From: Botryllus schlosseri
Lineage: Eukaryota
Assembly: GCA_051294905.1 (NCBI GenBank)
Contig: CM119371.1
Span: 5,644,001 to 5,708,000 of the forward strand
DNA length: 64,000 bases
Direction: 5' to 3'
Each line of letters begins with the position of its first letter. Positions within the stretch are counted from its first letter, which is position 1. A model generated the notes under the pieces. The model saw only the letters and a program-made list of their open reading frames with translations. It had not been told where the DNA came from and did not search any database. Of this stretch, positions 38,221 through 50,836 are shown piece after piece. A program made the position numbers and the translations under genes.

Positions 38221-40044
38221 CAGAGGTCTCAAACTCAAATGTGCTCGCGGCAGGGCTTTGGAGCAGCCGTAAATTTAAACTGCTCCAGCTCCGGCTCCGG
38301 AGCTCTCTTCTACCATACATTAGCTCCGGCTCCAGCTCCGGAGCCGCATTATTATCAATGCTCCGGCTCCGGCTCTGAAATTATCGAATTGGCCTGTCTA
38401 TATCAGGGGTGGCCAACCCGCGGGCCAAATGTGGCCCGCGAGAGGTTTTGCGTGGCGTGCGCGGTAATTTCCTATTATATTATCGAAAATGAATTGCTCA
38501 GATTTTGAACTTGCAATGCCAACCAAAAATTACAATTCTGGCGGCGACACTTGGGATGTTGCTGACTAAAATATCAGTTCCGACTTCCGACGCATTGGCA
38601 GATCCAGGGTCCAGTCACATTTTCAGTAAATCATCGTACATTACAATGAACGAAAAAAGTAGCGAAATTTGTCTTCATGCTGCGCGTGTTTAATTGTCAC
38701 ACAGTTTCTTGCTTGGTAGCCTACCTCCTACCGAAAATTAAAAAAAAACGCCTTATTTACCCGATTGAGTCTAACTGTATTCGCAATTACGGGAGAAAGA
38801 CAAAACAAAACACAAAACATTTATTTCGGATTCATTCAACATTAAAATTCAGGCCTGGTGTTCAATTATGATAAATCAGCAGATGTGGTTGTTGCATATA
38901 CATAATGGCATCTTTGAAAATAGGTCGGAGCCGGAGCTACTCCTCAAATAACGGGCTCCAGCTCCGGCTCCGGCTGAATTTTATATAGAGCTCCGGCTCT
39001 AGCTCCGGTGAAAATGCACGGCTCCGGCTCTGGGCTCCGGCTCCGGCTCCAAAGCCCTGGCTCGCGGGCCAATTTCTTGGTTTTGATGACGCCGCGGGCC
39101 GCACCACCAATACTAGGGATGTTCAACGCAGAATTTCCAAGTAGGCCTTGTTTGACGGGAGCTTGAAGACAGGCATTCCACAAATTTCATGAAAATGTAA
39201 TTTACTATTGTGTTATTCACGCTTGACACGGAAAAAATCATATTTTCAAATATTTGAATAAAATTGTTTTTATGCCGGGCCTTATTTGTTCAGTTGAATA
39301 TAGGCCTAATTCCACAATGCATCTCGTAACCCATGATGTGTAAGAACCCATGTAATAGAAATGTCCAATCGTAGATGAATTCATTGCTGTTACAGCTGTG
39401 AAGCGTACTACAACCTTACTTGCCACCGATAATAACATGGATAAAGACATCGGAAAACACCAAGCATGTAACACACTACACGTCGCGGGAGTCACATAAT
39501 GCCGATGATTGCCATACTGACATGATTAGATAGCTATATACACCCTACGCAACGCAAGCTATATGACCTTTTGATATATTACTATTCCCTATGACAGTTT
39601 CATAGATTGTTGCGTCCGTAGGATTGCCAAATCACGGTTCCGAGTCGCAAGTCCTTCTCCGATTTTAACGTTTGATTCGACTCAACTCGGGTAATTTTTA
39701 TTTAATCACCCAGTCAATCCGAAATGGAGTAATTTTACGAAAGATCGCACAAAACCAAATCACAATTTTCAGTCACGAATCATCAACGGACCATGCTTTA
39801 TCATCGTGAACTAGAAATGTGACGTAACAGCTGATCCTCTACCACATGGTAGCTTTTAAAAGTGATGTGATAGTGTAGTTTGTCGAGATTTCAGTGTTTT
39901 TATAGCAGTGTTTGGGTGAACTTCAAGTTATTATATCTAAAAAAGATATGTGGCACTGGCATATAATGTCGAATACTTGAAATTCCAAAATGCCGTTAAG
40001 GGCCGCACAAAATGCTCTCGCGGGCCGGGTGTTTGAGACCTCGG
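38221..40044. mobile_element. hAT (Charlie-like) MITE
   Basis: CAGAGGTCTCAAAC / GTTTGAGACCTCGG; perfect TSD CTCTACAG. Confidence 0.85.
38251..39059. mobile_element. hAT MITE with (GGCTCC)n subterminal repeats
   Basis: TIR CAGGGCTTTGGAGC / GCTCCAAAGCCCTG; perfect TSD GCTCGCGG; truncated Charlie-like end at 38404 inside. Confidence 0.9.
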
Positions 40045-40349
40045 CTCTACAGTCTGTTATTATCAGCCAAAATAGAGGATCGAATATGAAGCCTTGAGAT
40101 GTTGAAACAAGTTGATATGGTACAATACACCACTAGGTTACATGTCCGTGAGAATTTAAAATCATAAACTATATCCATTCGATTTAAATTATACACGAAA
40201 GTTCGTAATGGTGAGCACTGCATCATGTAAGCACTTGATCCGTCTAAGAAAAAGAGATGCATTCCTATTAGATCAGTGGTTCTCGACCTTTTTGTCTTTG
40301 CGTACCCATTTCAGACCGCCACCGACCCTCGTCGACCCCTCATGCACAT

Positions 40350-41962
40350 TAGGGTTGTCCAAAATTTGGAAAATCTTAAAAATACCCCGTGATTGTGTCT
40401 CATTCCATAGATTATTGATAAAAAATAACAATGAGCCCAAAAGAAGCTCACGGGAAAGCCGTTAAGATTTCGGCCAAAGCGTTTTAAAGTAGCTGCCCAA
40501 GAATGGGCGTGCCACCGACCATAGAACCGCGAGAAGACTAGTAATCAAATAACCACGGCTCCTGATTGGCTAATTGGCTATGCTTCAATGATCACTACAG
40601 CAACAACTTGCTGATTATGTGCTCAAGGAGTCTGCTACCGGTGGGGATTCTGAAATCGTGTTGTTGGTAGGTTGGCAGATGATGATTCAAGATTAATTCA
40701 GGACATGTTAAGGTACGAAATACATGATGAACAATCAACAGCTGCTTCACATAAACTTCTACAGCATGACTGCTTTGCTGTGAAGGAAACGGCTGTAGCC
40801 AACATACCGTGTTTTCATCGAGGGAAAGCAAAGACGCTTATGCAAGTAGTGAACGAATTCCCCGTTTCAGAAGGGATCCATCATCAGTGAATACAAATAT
40901 AAAGCTTGACCATGACACTATACTTTGTGTGAGCTTATTGGACTCAAGTTGTAGTAGATAGTTGATATTTTGAATGCTCTAGGGATTGACTGAATCAGCC
41001 GGTTGTGCTTGGCAGTTATACTTACAGCAAATTGAATTCACATGTAAGTGTTGTCAAAGTCCTTAATGATGCTGCAGAAAAGAGGTGTAAAGTAAGCACA
41101 ATGCTGGATATCATGTCCAAACTATGCTGGATACTATGCAGTATAGTCTGTGATTATCTTTACACCTATTTTCTGCGGGATCAATAGGGACTTTGACATA
41201 CCACATTGGGCATAGCCTGTGCGAGTGTGCGTTATCATTAGGGACTTTAGCAACACTTACAAGTGAATTCAATTTACCGTAAGCATCTGATGAGTGCCAA
41301 GCATAACCCGCTAATTCAGTCGATTCCAATATCATTCAAAACGTCACCTATATATTACAGCTTGAGCCTAATAAGATCACACAAATTACGGTATCGTGTC
41401 ATTGATAAGCTTTATATTTGTGTTCACTGATGATGGATCCTTTCCAAACGGGGAATTCGTTTACCGCTTGCATAAGCGCCTTTGTTTTCCCTCGGTGAAA
41501 ACACGGCATGTAGGCTACAGCCGTTTCCTTCCAATAAAGCAGTCATGCTGTAGAAGTTTTTGTGAAGCAGCTGTTGATTGTTCATCATGTATTTCGTACC
41601 TTAACATGTCCTGAATTAATCTTAAATCATCATCTGCCAACCTACCAACAACGCGATTTCAGAATCCCCACCGGTAGCAGACTCCTTGAGCACACAATCA
41701 GCAAGTTGTTGCTGTGGTGATCATTGAAGCATAGCCAATTAGCCAATCAGGAGCCGTGGTTATTTGATTACTAGTCTTCTCGCCGTTCTATGGTCGGTGG
41801 CACGCCCATTCTTGGGCAGCTACTTTAAAACGCTTTGGCCGAAATCTTAACGGCGTTCCCGTGAGCTTCTTTTGGGCTCATTGTTATTTTTTATCAATAA
41901 TCTATGGAATGAGACACAATCACGGGGTATTTTTAAGATTTTCCAAATTTTGGACAACCCTA
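40350..41962. mobile_element. TAGGG-ended fold-back element with ~700-bp arms and hATm-like transposase remnant
   Basis: 40350-~41075 inverted at ~41230-41962; perfect TSD ATGCACAT; 41045-41092 VSVVKVLNDAAE(fs)RGVK. Confidence 0.85.
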
Positions 41963-43013
41963 ATGCACATGCATCTTTGGTGGATTGATACCAGTGCCTT
42001 TACTGTCGGCAAATCAGTTCAATTAGCTTTGAATGCATTTCAACTCGGAGCCTTCAAAACAAGACGGTGGCATTTATGGATTTCATAAGAAATCTCCAAA
42101 GGTCAACGACAGGACTAAGCATGGTGATCCTGATCTTGAGAATCGGCTGCAAGTAGTTCGCGTGTAAAAAAATGCTCATAAAGTAGAGTTGTGTATAAAT
42201 AATACCCTGAATGATGAATATCACGCAACATCAACGACTATTATTGGTATCGTAATTAATCATGTTTCATAGAACTCCGTTGTGTACAGCTGCTCGTCTG
42301 CTTCGTCACCATTTCAGACATGCCCGTGTCAAGCATATTAGCATTAGACATGCATTCATTTTGATAAGTGAGGTTTGAGTCGCGAGATGATAATGCCACT
42401 CAGATTCGGGTAGTGGTCGTAAACGTTGAAGAACCATTGGTGTTTAACGTGACCAAGGCCATGGTGCCCACTCCGACTCCCAATCGCCTGGCCAAACTGA
42501 GCTGATGGTGTCACACTTGCTCCAAAACTGTTTTGAATCTAATATTCAGTCATCCCGGGGACTTATTGAAGACAGAGTGAATTAACAGTTTGGTATCTTG
42601 GAGTTGAAATCTATCGAACGATCAAGTTGTAAGCCTGAACGTCCCAAATGTTCTACCCGCAACCAATATCCGGAAGCGAATCTGAAATGTAATTGTGATC
42701 CACAAAGTTTGTGTGAAACATCTATAAGGAACTACACGTCTGAATTGTCAGGTTACCGATCATCACAATGCCTAATAATTCTACTAAACTAGTAATATGA
42801 AATCATAAGTTTGTTATTCTTGGATATTTTTATTTATCACACTGCTCCGTTTTTGCTAATTTTTCTGTATTTCAGACTGAGTTGCCATAATATTAGAATT
42901 ATAATACTATTTAATAGCGCAACCAAGCTATCGTTGGATCCTCGTTTTCAAGCAGAGAGCGTTTGATGTGGGATGCTTCAAGAAGTAAAGTAATATACAT
43001 ATAATCCAGAATA

Positions 43014-44558
43014 ATGACAAGGAAGATGTGCTCGATCTGTGGAAAGAGCTTCCATCGTAAGGACGGATTGAAAGCTCACTTGCAATTCCACCTTAGCCTT
43101 ATAGATCGAAATACCGAATGTGAGATATGTGGAAAAACCTTTGCTGCAATCACTTTATTGAAAAAACATTTATTATCCCACACTTTTTTGAAAAATCATG
43201 AACGCAAAGAGTTTGGTCCGATTGGTCACTTGAAAAGACTTGCTGATGCACGTACTGCTCACCTTGGAGTCAAAAACCACGACTGTGAGATCTGTGGAAA
43301 ATCGTTTGTACGGGTTGGCGACCTCAAAACACATGGAACTATCCATACTGGATTCAAAAACTATGCATGTCTGATCTGCGGAAAAGCGTTTACCCGGCTT
43401 GGTCACTTGAAACAACATGAAAATACACATACTGGAGTCAAAAATTATGAGTGTCAGATCTGTGGGAAAGCGTTTACCCAGCTTGGTGCCTTAAAAACAC
43501 ATGGAAATACACATACTGGAGTCAAAAACTATGCATGTCAGATCTGCGGAAAAGTGTTTGCCCATCTTCATCACTTGAAAAGACATGAAAATACACATAC
43601 TGGAGTCAAAAACTATGCATGTCAGGTCTGCGGAAAAGCGTTTTCCCAGCTAGATACCTTGAAAGAACATGGAAATACACATACTGGAGTGAAAAACTAT
43701 GCATGTCAGATCTGCGGAAAACTTTTTGCCCGGCTTGGTGACTTGAAAATACATGGGGATGCACATACTGGAGTCAAAAACTATGCGTGTCAGATTTGTG
43801 GAAAAGCGTTTACCCTGCCTGGTAACTTGAAAAGACATGGAAATACACATACTGGAGTAAAAAACTATGCGTGTCAGGTCTGCGGAAAAGCGTTTTCCCA
43901 GCTAGATACCTTGAAAGAACATGGAAATACACATACTGGAGTCAAAAACTATGACTGTCAGATTTGCGGAAAAGCGTTTACCTGGCTTGGTAACTTGAAA
44001 CAACATGAAAATACACATACTGGAGTCAAAAATTATGAGTGTCAGATCTGTGGGAAAGCGTTTACCCAGCTTGATGTCTTAAAAATACATGGAAATACAC
44101 ATACTGGAGTAAAAAACTATGACTGTCAGATCTGTGGAAAAGCGTTTATTCAGCTCAGTTACTTGAAAAGTCATGGAAATACACATAGTGGAGTCAAAAA
44201 CTATGCATGTCAGATCTGCGGAAAAGCGTTTTCCCGGCTTTGTGACTTGAAAAGTCATGGAAATACACATAGTGGAGTCAAAAACTATCTATGTCAGATC
44301 TGCGGAAAAGCGTTTTCCCGGCTTTGTGACTTGAAAAGTCATGGAAATACACATACTGGATTCAAAAACTATGCATGTCAGATTTGCGGAAAAGCGTTTA
44401 CCCGGCTTGGTAACTTGAAACAACATGAAAATACACATACTGGAGTCAAAAACTATGCATGTCAGATTTGCGGAAAAGCGTTTTCCCGGCTTGGTAACTT
44501 GAAAAGTCATGGAAATACACATACCGGAGTCAAAAACTATACATGTCATGTAACTTGA
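43014..44558 (+). CDS. Tandem C2H2 zinc-finger protein (17 intact fingers)
   Basis: 514-aa ORF of CxxCGKAF..LK.H..TH units with TGVKNY linkers; polypyrimidine-AG acceptor ending at 42875 upstream; no effector domain seen. Confidence 0.93.
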   Translation: MTRKMCSICGKSFHRKDGLKAHLQFHLSLIDRNTECEICGKTFAAITLLKKHLLSHTFLKNHERKEFGPIGHLKRLADARTAHLGVKNHDCEICGKSFVRVGDLKTHGTIHTGFKNYACLICGKAFTRLGHLKQHENTHTGVKNYECQICGKAFTQLGALKTHGNTHTGVKNYACQICGKVFAHLHHLKRHENTHTGVKNYACQVCGKAFSQLDTLKEHGNTHTGVKNYACQICGKLFARLGDLKIHGDAHTGVKNYACQICGKAFTLPGNLKRHGNTHTGVKNYACQVCGKAFSQLDTLKEHGNTHTGVKNYDCQICGKAFTWLGNLKQHENTHTGVKNYECQICGKAFTQLDVLKIHGNTHTGVKNYDCQICGKAFIQLSYLKSHGNTHSGVKNYACQICGKAFSRLCDLKSHGNTHSGVKNYLCQICGKAFSRLCDLKSHGNTHTGFKNYACQICGKAFTRLGNLKQHENTHTGVKNYACQICGKAFSRLGNLKSHGNTHTGVKNYTCHVT

Positions 44559-45029
44559 ATAGCCATGGACATACACATTAGGGAGTAAAATATTTGCATG
44601 TCAGACGTGCGGAAAAGCGTTTACCCGCCTTGGTGCCTTGAAAAGAGATAGAAATACACGTACAGTAAAATAGCAGAACGCACAGTAAAATAGCAGAACG
44701 CATGTCTTTTTTTTTCTCGCGAAGATGATCTCGAACACGATGCAGTAATATTGACAGCTATACCTTATATTAAAATATGCTGTTGCTTAGAGTGGACGTC
44801 CATTCACTCTGCTATCATGTCAATACGATTTAATTTATCTTTGAATCACCTTCCCGGCTAAATGTTTACTGTGCCGGGTATGTAAAAGTGGAGGTGGACT
44901 TGTATCTTCGTGTTACCAAGCCTCTTCCACATATCCATTTAGTTTTGCCACAAAAAAATCTGTATACGTTGGTTTTCTCATCTGATTTTTTTCAGTTTGA
45001 AATTGTTTCTCCTAGTTTCATATTGGAAT

Positions 45030-45730
45030 TACCGCCTCCATGTACAATACGCACCCTTAAAATGGCGTGTAAATTCTGGGAAAAAGCATGTATCCATGTA
45101 TAGTACGCACCCTGCATTCACAGTACATGAATAGTTATGTTTTAGTATTCGATGTCATTCTGTTTTGCGATGTCACTGTGGAACAATCATGACATAATCA
45201 TCGCTAATCATTATACACTTAACGGCATTGTCTAAAACGATGATAGCAGACGAAGCCTGCGAGGCCCGCGCCGCGGTAGTTCATGCCAGCGACGATATCT
45301 TGCGCACGAGGCCTATTAGATGCGATTGTTCAGGCAACTGTTACGTCGAGCGTACTAGGCCTGTTGGAGATGCGACTATACTGTGTAGGCCAGCGATTAC
45401 GTCTTGCGCACATGGCGTGCTGTTAATGCGATTGTTCAGGCCTGTAGTTGACAGCGATAAATTAGCGAGAATTGCAGCAATCCAGTGATCTAGTTTCGCT
45501 CGCGTTCAAACGGCAACAAACTCACCAGGAGATCGTTTGCTGTTGTTCAGCGGAACAGCGCAGACGCTAATTGGCAACACGCTTCTCGCTAATTGGCAGC
45601 GCTTAACACTGATAATACTAATTACGGGGCAGATTTTTTCAAGGCTTGTTGTACCCATGCATAATACGCACCCCCGATTTTAGGCCGAAAAATCGGGAAA
45701 ATTTTGCGCATTATGCATGGAAAATTACGG
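45030..45730. mobile_element. Tc1/pogo-like MITE (left tip missing)
   Basis: Collinear with 37281-38120; ends GGAAAATTACGG|TA. Confidence 0.8.
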
Positions 45731-46205
45731 TACTGCCTGAATCAATTTCAATGAAGACTTCTTTGTTATAATTTGCGCGGGGTCTGTTGGTCAGAGATGT
45801 TTGATGCGTATATTCAAGTCTTTGTGTCACAGTATGATGAGCTAACAGTAGTTTATGTCACCTAATATTTAGGCTTTCTGCGCATTATCCTTCGTCACAT
45901 TCTCGGGTGATTAGCAGTCTGCGCATATTATTTTCGATTTCGTTTCAAATTGTAATGTTGTGGTCATTTTGTAAATATGTGTTTCTTCCTGCCATTCATT
46001 TCAAGCAATTTTTCGACATATTCACTTAATCATTTTCAATCCGTTCATATTTATGGATACCGTAATCCTGGAGCTACAATAAGCTCCTCGTAGTCTGATA
46101 TGATGTTCTGTCAGCTTTTTGCTAGTAATATCTCCTAATTACAGCAGTATGCAGAGTCCATGCAAAGACGACGTGAAATGGATCCCCGTATAGTATATTT
46201 GTGAT

Positions 46206-47479
46206 CAGAGGTGGTCAGTAACGAAGTAATTCTACTTTTTCGAAGTACTCAAGTAGTTTCCCTCGACTTCTGGTACTTACTCAAGTAGATCCGATTTTCG
46301 CTACTTCTACTTCTACTTCGCAATATTTTGTGATCTACTTACTTACTTTTCGCTATTTTCAGTTTGTCAAGTAGAAGTAGTTCAATCTCCCAATCAGGAA
46401 GATAGCCTAAGAAATTTTGGGGATGTTCTCACGGAGTATCAACATTTAATTTTCATAAAAGTTGAGTAAAGCCAAGAATTTTCGTCGCGCTTCGCGTGCA
46501 GTGGATACGGAGTGACCAGTATGATTTCCTGAAGTATTGGTGACTATAATTCAGGTAGCGGGTTGGCGTGCTTCCGTTCACACCATATTGTCGCCCTTCG
46601 CCCATATCAAATAATTGATCACAGTATATATGGCTCATCATAACGTTTGAAACTGACGTTTCGCAATCTAGCATTTACTTGTCATATCTTAATCTAGCTC
46701 TGCCCATGGCGTGTCCTAACTTGGAATAGTGGACTCTAACTTTTTGTAGTTTTAGAGCTGTTTTAGCATGCCACCTTTGAAACCTTCTGGACTAAAGGCA
46801 TGAAATATATGTTACACTTTTAGAAGTAGTACTTATATTTCACTTTTAATTCCCAGTATTATATACTTATAGTTATAATTAATATCAGTTCTTTTGTCTG
46901 GATAACATACATGTTGAAATATACAAGCAAGGGTAGTAATGCCTTTAAATTCCGGAAATAAAGCTACACAATATGGCATTTTTACGGTCCACCATATTTT
47001 TTATTAACGTTTACTAATCGCGCAATGTGTTTACACCGTATCCTTTGTAAATTCTACGCTCTTCGACCAAACTACGGGCCTTATGGGGGATGGCGCCGTA
47101 CCATGCCGTTTTCTAAAACGTGCTGTTCGAGAAAACAAAGGAATAGTATCGCATTTCCATATCAATACTATCATAAAGGGAATGAATGCTTATGCTATCG
47201 AAAATTGGATACCTGTTGGTATGCATCAATGTGAATCACGCTCGTCACCTTTCGCACAGCTCAATTTGCCCCTTTTCACAATACATGTGAAAGAATTAGG
47301 ATCGTTTGCACAACTACTTACTTACTTGAGTACTTTTAAAGTCACTCAATTTTACTTATACTTCAAGTAGTTTTAGGTTGCTTATGGAAGAAGTACTTCT
47401 ACTCGTACTTGAGTAGATTTTTTCGTCGCCACTTCTACTTCTACTTGAGTAGCTTTATTGACTACTTTGACCACCTCTG
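46206..47479. mobile_element. hAT MITE with Tol2-like ends
   Basis: CAGAGGTGGTCA / TGACCACCTCTG; perfect TSD TTTGTGAT; AAGTA/TACTT subterminal repeats. Confidence 0.88.
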
Positions 47480-48334
47480 TTTGTGATACAGGTGATTAGC
47501 ACATCATTGATCGCTATCCTCCTCATAAGATTTTGTTTCGTTCAGATTATTTGTAATTCATAGCGCACCACGGTGCTCTTAACCTTGTTTTGTTTGATGA
47601 AACCTTGAAGCTGCTACGACGAACTCATGAACCCTGATTACTAAAGAGGCAAGCTGAGGTAAATCGTGATATGAATAATCATTAGGCATATCAATTGAAC
47701 TACTCAGAGCTATAGACATTAGCGACACTGTTAACGAGAGCTCGATTATGGCTGCAGCCTCTACGGAAAATAACCTTTGGTCGGTGGTTTCACCTCTCTC
47801 CCACCGCACCAGATATTTATTGTTTGATTCGTGACGGTTGCTTCTCCAAGAACTCAGCAGCGGTAGAGGAAAACCTGTGTCACTCCCTAGCCAGCATGAT
47901 TGGGTAAGGAATGATGTACTGCGTGAAACTTGTGATGAATATTTGTACTGACAACATAGCCCTAATCTTCTGTGACAATGCAACACTATTGAGGCACATA
48001 ATGGCTTAAAATCGTCATTTACTTTGATTTTATCAGAATTGCGGGTCACATAGAATGCCCCTTTGCAAGAAGTGTGCAGGGCACTATGAAACATTTCGCC
48101 ATAGTAGTATTGTAATGCCTTTTGGCTGTCTGTAAGTCGCATGACCTTAACCAGTGGCTCTCGACTGCGAGTCCCCAGACCTGTGCCAGTCTGCTTTAAA
48201 TTTTCAGTCGGCTGAACAAATATATATTTGATATGTTCGTAATCGCAAAATGTAAGAGGTGGTAATCTTGTTCAGAACTAGAACACCGCCTTCTTTTTAT
48301 CCGTCATCACAGCGCTGCAATTATTGCACCGATC

Positions 48335-50489
48335 CAGGCGCGTAGCCAGCCGAAAAATAAGGAAGGGGTTTTAAAATAGAAGGGCGGGGTTTTGATGTTT
48401 TGCGAATTTACTTGATATAGCGTCAATTCATTAGGGTTAACTACATGCGTAAATGACGATTATACATTATACAATCTCCTCGTGTTCACGATTATACGCG
48501 TTTGATAAGCTTGTCGACGAGTCCGGAAGTACTGTTTAGTAGCGACTCCCTGATCTGTCGTCAACAATTAAATACCTGCGCTTATCAAAGCGTCGATTAA
48601 TTAAATACGCACGCTCATCAACGCAGCCTCGTCAACTATTTGCGCAAGTCGAAATGTCCGAGATTTTTGGGAATATGTGCCATAATGACGCCGATTTTAG
48701 GTGCTGCAAACCTGTCCTATTTTATAACTCAAGTCGATACACATGTTCTGATGGTTATGTTTAAGTATTAGCGGAGATTATTACGCACGCGTCGCACATG
48801 TTTACGGACATTCGATGTCTTTCAGTTTCGCGATGTCACTCTTTAATCACAATCGCTAATCAGCATACAATCAACGGCATGGTCTCCAAGCCATCGAGAG
48901 ATAGAAGCCAAACCATGCTAGGCCCGAGACGCGATCGTTAGGCTAGCGACGGAGTTAGGCTAGCGATAATCTATTGATATATCTTTCGTATTAGGCCTAT
49001 TGCAGATGCGATTGTGTAGGGCAACAAATGATATCGTGCGCTTATCAATGCGTCGAACAACTAAATACGCGCGCTTAGCAATGCGTCTTACGTCTTACAT
49101 AGCCTATGCGACGATTTGCGCAATTCAAAATGTACGAGTTTTTATGGAATAGGGCTATAATGACGCCGATTTCAGGTGGTTCAAACCTTACCTCTTTTTA
49201 GCCTTGACACACAGCTTTTGATGGTTATGTTCAAGTATTAACGGAAATCAATTACGCATGTACATTAGGGCTGTTCAAAAATAACTTTTTTTTCCCGATT
49301 CAAGCCGGTCACCTCGTAAATCGTGAGGTTGCAGTAGAAAACCTTGCTCACCAAATTTCACTCGATTCCAACCAGTAAAGGCCTCCGCAGATCAAATTAA
49401 AATTTTTAATTTATAATTGAAAATTAAAAAAAAAGTATCCAAATTTTTCTGCCAACCCCATGAAATTGTTGAGCTGTCTTCAAAGACGTTGCAAAACAAA
49501 TTTGAGTCAATTCCGACCAGTAGAAGCGGAGTTATGTGAGTTTTTCGTTGATAAATCGCGGATTATCCACCAATCAAGGATAATCTGAGAAATATCATCG
49601 AAAAACTCACATAACTCCGCTTCTACTGGTCGGAATTGACTCAAATTTGTTTTGCAACGTCTTTGAAGACAGCTCAACAATTTCATGGGGTTGGCAGAAA
49701 AATTTGGAAATTTTTTTTTAATTTTCCGTAATAAATTAAAAATTTTAATTGGATCTGCGGAGGCCGTTACTGGTTGGAATCATGTGAAATTTGGTGAGCA
49801 AGGTTTTCTACTGCAACATGACGATTTAAGGTTGACCGGCTTGAATCGGGAAAAAAAGGTTATTTTTGAACAGCCCTAATGTACATTGTACGTACGCACG
49901 CGTCGCATATGTTTGCGCACATTCGATGTAATTCAGTTTCGAGATGTCACTCTTTAATCACAATCGCTAATCAGCATATACTTAACGACCATTTTATCCG
50001 AGCCATCGGGAAATATGAGCCAAAGCATGCTAGGCCCGAGACGCGGTAGTTAGGCTAGCGATATCTTTCGTATACTAGGCCGCTTGCAGATGCGGTTGTG
50101 TAGGTCAGCGATGATATCGTGCACACCGGGCCTATAGCAGATGAGATTATTCAAGCCAGCGGAACTAGGCTTGTTGGAGACGCGACAAATCAGGCTAGCA
50201 ACTATTGCCGAGCACGCGGCAATGAATGACCTAATTTCGCAATCATCTCAGCGGATGATCGTGTCGCGTTACATTGTGCAGTGCATCGCGCACGGACGCT
50301 AATTGGCTACACGCCTTTCGCTAATTGGCCGCACTCAACACTGATAATACGACTTATTGAATTGTAACCGACCATTAGCGTCAGAACGATCATTTCAAAA
50401 GAAAGGGGTTTCGTGTTTAAGAAGGGGGTTTCACGCTTCTAAAGGAGGGGGTACCGACCCCCGAAACCCCCCCTCTGGCTACGCGCCTG
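48335..50489. mobile_element. hAT-like non-autonomous element with internal duplication
   Basis: Perfect 15-bp TIR CAGGCGCGTAGCCAG; TSD not evident; related fragment ~27356-27980. Confidence 0.7.
49266..49878. mobile_element. TAGGG-ended fold-back MITE (hATm-like)
   Basis: ~280-bp near-perfect inverted arms; perfect TSD ATGTACAT. Confidence 0.88.
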
Positions 50490-50836
50490 GTTCTGATAAT
50501 CATAGACTTTGTGGTGACTGGATGGTTGGGTGTCCTTTCTCCTAATTGATTTCCTGTTCGGAGGGGGTTGGGGAGGAGGGGTAGTAGTTGGTGGTGAGGG
50601 TGGGACCGGGGGGGTTATATTGATTTATTTATTGCGTGAAAAAGATAATAATGCGTAGGTAGTCAAAAACAAGAAATGGCGGTAGTACAAATTAGCACAT
50701 AGCATGAATAATAAGATTTTGTCATAATCATTTTCATCGTATTATATATATATCCGCGTTCTACGTATCTATGATATCGTAGATTTTTAGATCGTTTGCG
50801 TGCGCGTCAGTGGTTCGGCAGTCTATCGCGTTTTCT

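Larger units (their letters stand above)
36996..40130. mobile_element. Family A MITE (right end missing) with nested insertions
   Basis: Starts CAGTGTTGGGATCAAGTC; resumes after 38122 and after 40052. Confidence 0.7.

Noticed and set aside
43173..44576. Antisense ORFs over the ZNF gene (and over LINE/Gypsy ORFs elsewhere)
   Set aside because: Shadows of the repetitive or coding sense strand
47579..48142. 187-aa ORF on - strand
   Set aside because: No recognisable motifs or splice support; likely chance ORF
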